A stretch of 63,755 nucleotides of DNA, the filler included, from Chiloscyllium plagiosum (taxonomy: Eukaryota): assembly GCF_004010195.1 (NCBI RefSeq). It is 5 parts of 2 records of this genome, joined end to end, with 100 filler letters (N's around TTAATTAATTAA, not from the genome) between each part and the next. Parts side by side here need not be neighbours in the genome. Positions count along the whole stretch, not along the records: positions 61,752 to 63,755 come from NC_057711.1; 4 more parts are not named here. One strand, 5' to 3'. The notes below the pieces were generated by a model. The model searched no databases. It had not been told where the DNA came from and saw only the letters and a program-made list of their open reading frames with translations. The translations under genes were made by a program, and so were the position numbers. Positions 63,037 to 63,755 of this stretch are shown one piece after another. Position 1 is the stretch's first letter; every line of letters begins with the position of its first letter.

Positions 63037-63524
63037 CTTGCTTGTTAAATAACTTGAGGATTCCTGCCTCTGCCACTCTTTCAGTCAACCTGTTCCAGAT
63101 TCCCACCACCCTCAAGCCTCTCAAATCCCCTTACCTTCAAATAGAAGTGTAGAAACTAGGAGCAGGGGGAGGCCATTCAGCCCATTGAACCTGCTCTGTC
63201 ATTCAGTAGGATCATGGCTGACCCTTTACATCAATGCCATATTCTCAATAGCTCCCCATATCTCTTTAAAATCTATAAACATTTACCTCACGCAGTTTTG
63301 TCCCTGTTTACCTGATTCACAGCGGATTGAGGTGTTTTCTGATGATATTAAAGGCATCCCGTGATTCAAGCAGCCAATCACTGTCACGTTCTCTCCTTTC
63401 ACTGAGGACTATATTGAAAGGAAAGAGTGAGGGAAAAGGTTAGAAAGTTCATTACTAAAATAAAGATACTTCATTCCCCACTCCAATTTTGACGATGTGC
63501 TTGTGCTTGACTGGGTCAAACCAT

Positions 63525-63755
63525 CTTTCAAAAGTCACTGGAGTCAGGGAAAGTCCCGGATGATTGGAAGATCGCTGTTGTAACCCCCTTGTTCAAGAAA
63601 GGATCAAGACAAAAGATGGAAAATTATAGGCCAATTAGCCTAACCTCGGTTGTTGGTAAAATTCTAGAATCCATCATTAAGGATGAGGTTTCTAAATTCT
63701 TGGAAGAGCAGGGTCGGATTAGAACAAGTCAACATGGATTTAATAAGGGGAGGTC
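63525..63755 (+). mobile_element. CR1 RT start (same family as 37762-40525), runs off the window
   Basis: QKSLESGKVPDDWKIAVVTPLFKKG..ENYRPISLTSVVGKILES. Confidence 0.92.

Overview
Eukaryotic, repeat-dense vertebrate DNA. The HE1-type tRNA-derived SINEs with (TAATC)n tails, CR1-type LINEs and Penelope-like elements (PLEs) point to a shark; bamboo-shark-like is my inference. The window appears to lie entirely inside the ABLIM2 gene on the + strand. Four short C-terminal coding exons (45986-46130, 46320-46378, 48296-48341 and an 8-nt microexon 48474-48481) splice in frame to LKTSWLTLKGEMD...SKSASLPGYGKNKLHK...DTSWGMREYK, which matches ABLIM2 just before the villin headpiece. I did not find the headpiece exons in the window. 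The rest is intron filled with decayed CR1/L2/RTE LINEs, HE1 SINEs, several PLE families carrying minimal hammerhead ribozymes, and Harbinger relics. Four 100-nt N/TTAATTAATTAA spacers are artificial gaps. The most notable points are an antisense bias of intact hammerhead ribozymes, a 4.2-kb inverted duplication around a Harbinger relic, short TE fragments flanked by 71-93 bp duplications, a locally templated insertion, candidate extra ABLIM2 exons, and inverted CR1 pairs bracketing the exons. No intact novel protein-coding system was found. Family and gene assignments are from recall, not database searches.
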